64,000 bases of DNA from Trichoplax adhaerens (lineage: Eukaryota; Animalia; Placozoa). The stretch lies in assembly GCF_000150275.1 (NCBI RefSeq), contig NW_002060964.1, positions 108,720-172,719 of the forward strand. The letters run 5' to 3'. Under the pieces are notes generated by a model. That model was not told where the DNA came from and did no database searches. It saw only the letters and a program-made list of their open reading frames with translations. Below, in pieces: positions 62,400-64,000 of the stretch. Both the position numbers and the translations under genes were made by a program. The number at the start of each line of letters is the position of its first letter. Position 1 is the first letter of the stretch.

Positions 62400-64000
62400 A
62401 TTTACAAGACAATAGTCTTTCACTTTGCCCTTCCTTCCAGAAGTACTATGATTAATGTTAATATTTGATCTGTGTATTTTTCTACCTAATTAATAACGAG
62501 ATCATCATTCAATTGCTTTATGAAAGTGATGGCGCTACCATCCCTGCTGCGCTCAATGAATAACTCATTGATGGTTAGCAATCACTTAAGTTACAATGAG
62601 AGGAGTGATTGAATTAAGTGAAAATAAATGCCAATTGAATACTCTACTTTTTCTTGACAGCCAAATCACTATTGTCTCTAGCTGAAAAAAATAAAAACTG
62701 CAACAACAAGACTGGTTTTGATTAAGGTATTCTCTACGAGTAGACGCAATCCTATGGCGCTCAAAAGGAACGATTTTATGGCCATTTCCCAAGCAAACGA
62801 TTGATATACAGCTCTACATAAAATTATATACAAATAATGCATGATAATCATGAATTGTTCATCACTTTTTAAACATCTCCACTCCTTCATCAAGACATCA
62901 ACATTAGGTAAACAGCTGATAATTTGGACTTTATTCGAACGGACTATCCATCGAGCTAATAAGCTACACATGATGAAAACGTTTTCTCCTTCAATAACGC
63001 ATGATTAGCTCATTAGTGAACACAATCAGTAAAATTGATCTTATTATGAAAATTATTCCATGCGTTATTCTACTCAAGTATTTGGCTAGGCATGATGATG
63101 ACTCAATGTGACAATTGGTATCCAAAATAAACAATTTCAATTGGTAGAGTAGGGTAAATAACAACAGAAAGAAAACATCGGCGAGATGGATTACTTTCAG
63201 CGATGAATCGTGGCCATGTTGATTCAATATGAAATAAGTCAATTTTTTCCCCTGCTATTCGTTAAATTAATTGTAGAATAGCGCCTTGGTTTGCATTAAT
63301 AATGAGTCGGTAGACTAGGCCAATGTCTTTCAGATAAATTACTACGACAGGGATTGAGAAATTCAAAAACTGCTTACATATACTCGTATAAAGAAAAAGA
63401 GAAATCAAGCAAATAAGCTTTGGCACAGATACTAGCCCTCTTTTTCAAGTTTAATAGGGGTTCGCCAACTGCTATAGCTAGGATTAGAAACTGTGAATTG
63501 AGGAGCAGTTGAGAATAATAACTAGGAAATCAACATGGGTTACTAAATGTGACATTAGATCAGTAAATTTAAAACAGGAATTGAGTGTTGCAATAATTGC
63601 TTAGACGGAGGAAATAATAATTAATAAGAGAATGCTAGTAAATCAGTTTGCGTGAATATAAACCACAAGGTGTTTGTTTCAAATTTAAATTTTCATAACC
63701 TGCTATGACTCGGGTTAGAAAATGTAGCGATATGAGCAAAATAGGGGATAATAATTGAGAAATCATCACAGTTTTTGAAAGTTGCACCAGATCAGTAAAA
63801 TCGCTACATCAGCGACTAATTAATATAAAAATTACTTAGATGAAGAAGATGACAATCAACGAATAGAAGGGCATAAATTTTGGCATGGATACCAGCTCTC
63901 TATAGCAGGTTTAAATCAAAAAGGCTTCGCTATCTACCATAGCTAGGATTAGAAACTATGAATAAATAAGCAAAGTTAAGGGTAACTCTTAGAAAAATCA
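62400..64000 (-). pseudogene. Possible decayed GPCR (LGR-like) relic
   Basis: IHLADVFFLLLFTLL..SSSCLAKYLS..LIMRY (TM2-TM3-like) and KIVPFERHR..SCCCSFYF..LNSITPLIVT in shifting frames. Confidence 0.3.

Overview
AT-rich, intron-rich animal genomic DNA; the short introns, gene set and composition suggest a placozoan (Trichoplax-like), which is an inference. The conserved core (10-42 kb) holds five spliced genes that I reconstructed by hand: MED21(-) head-to-head with MMAB(+), clathrin heavy chain(-) head-to-head with SETD1(+), and CCDC65/DRC2(-). A U4 snRNA gene sits inside CCDC65 intron 2 and a palindromic RFX X-box lies upstream of CCDC65. SETD1 has a clear AT-AC U12 intron and CCDC65 has a probable GT-AG U12 intron. 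The accessory part (46-61 kb) is a cluster of intronless histamine-N-methyltransferase-like genes: three intact, one pseudogene and one orphan 3' fragment, with signs of gene conversion. The flanks look like decayed LRR/GPCR relics. Top finding: a second copy of the U4 promoter (PSE + TATA + CCCTC, identical spacing) at 57763-57802 with no recognisable snRNA behind it. It points into, and antisense to, the methyltransferase pseudogene, making it a candidate novel small or antisense RNA gene. Also notable are TACWGTA-rich clusters at the MED21/MMAB, clathrin/SETD1 and U4 promoters, and a five-copy repeat/spacer array between clathrin and SETD1.
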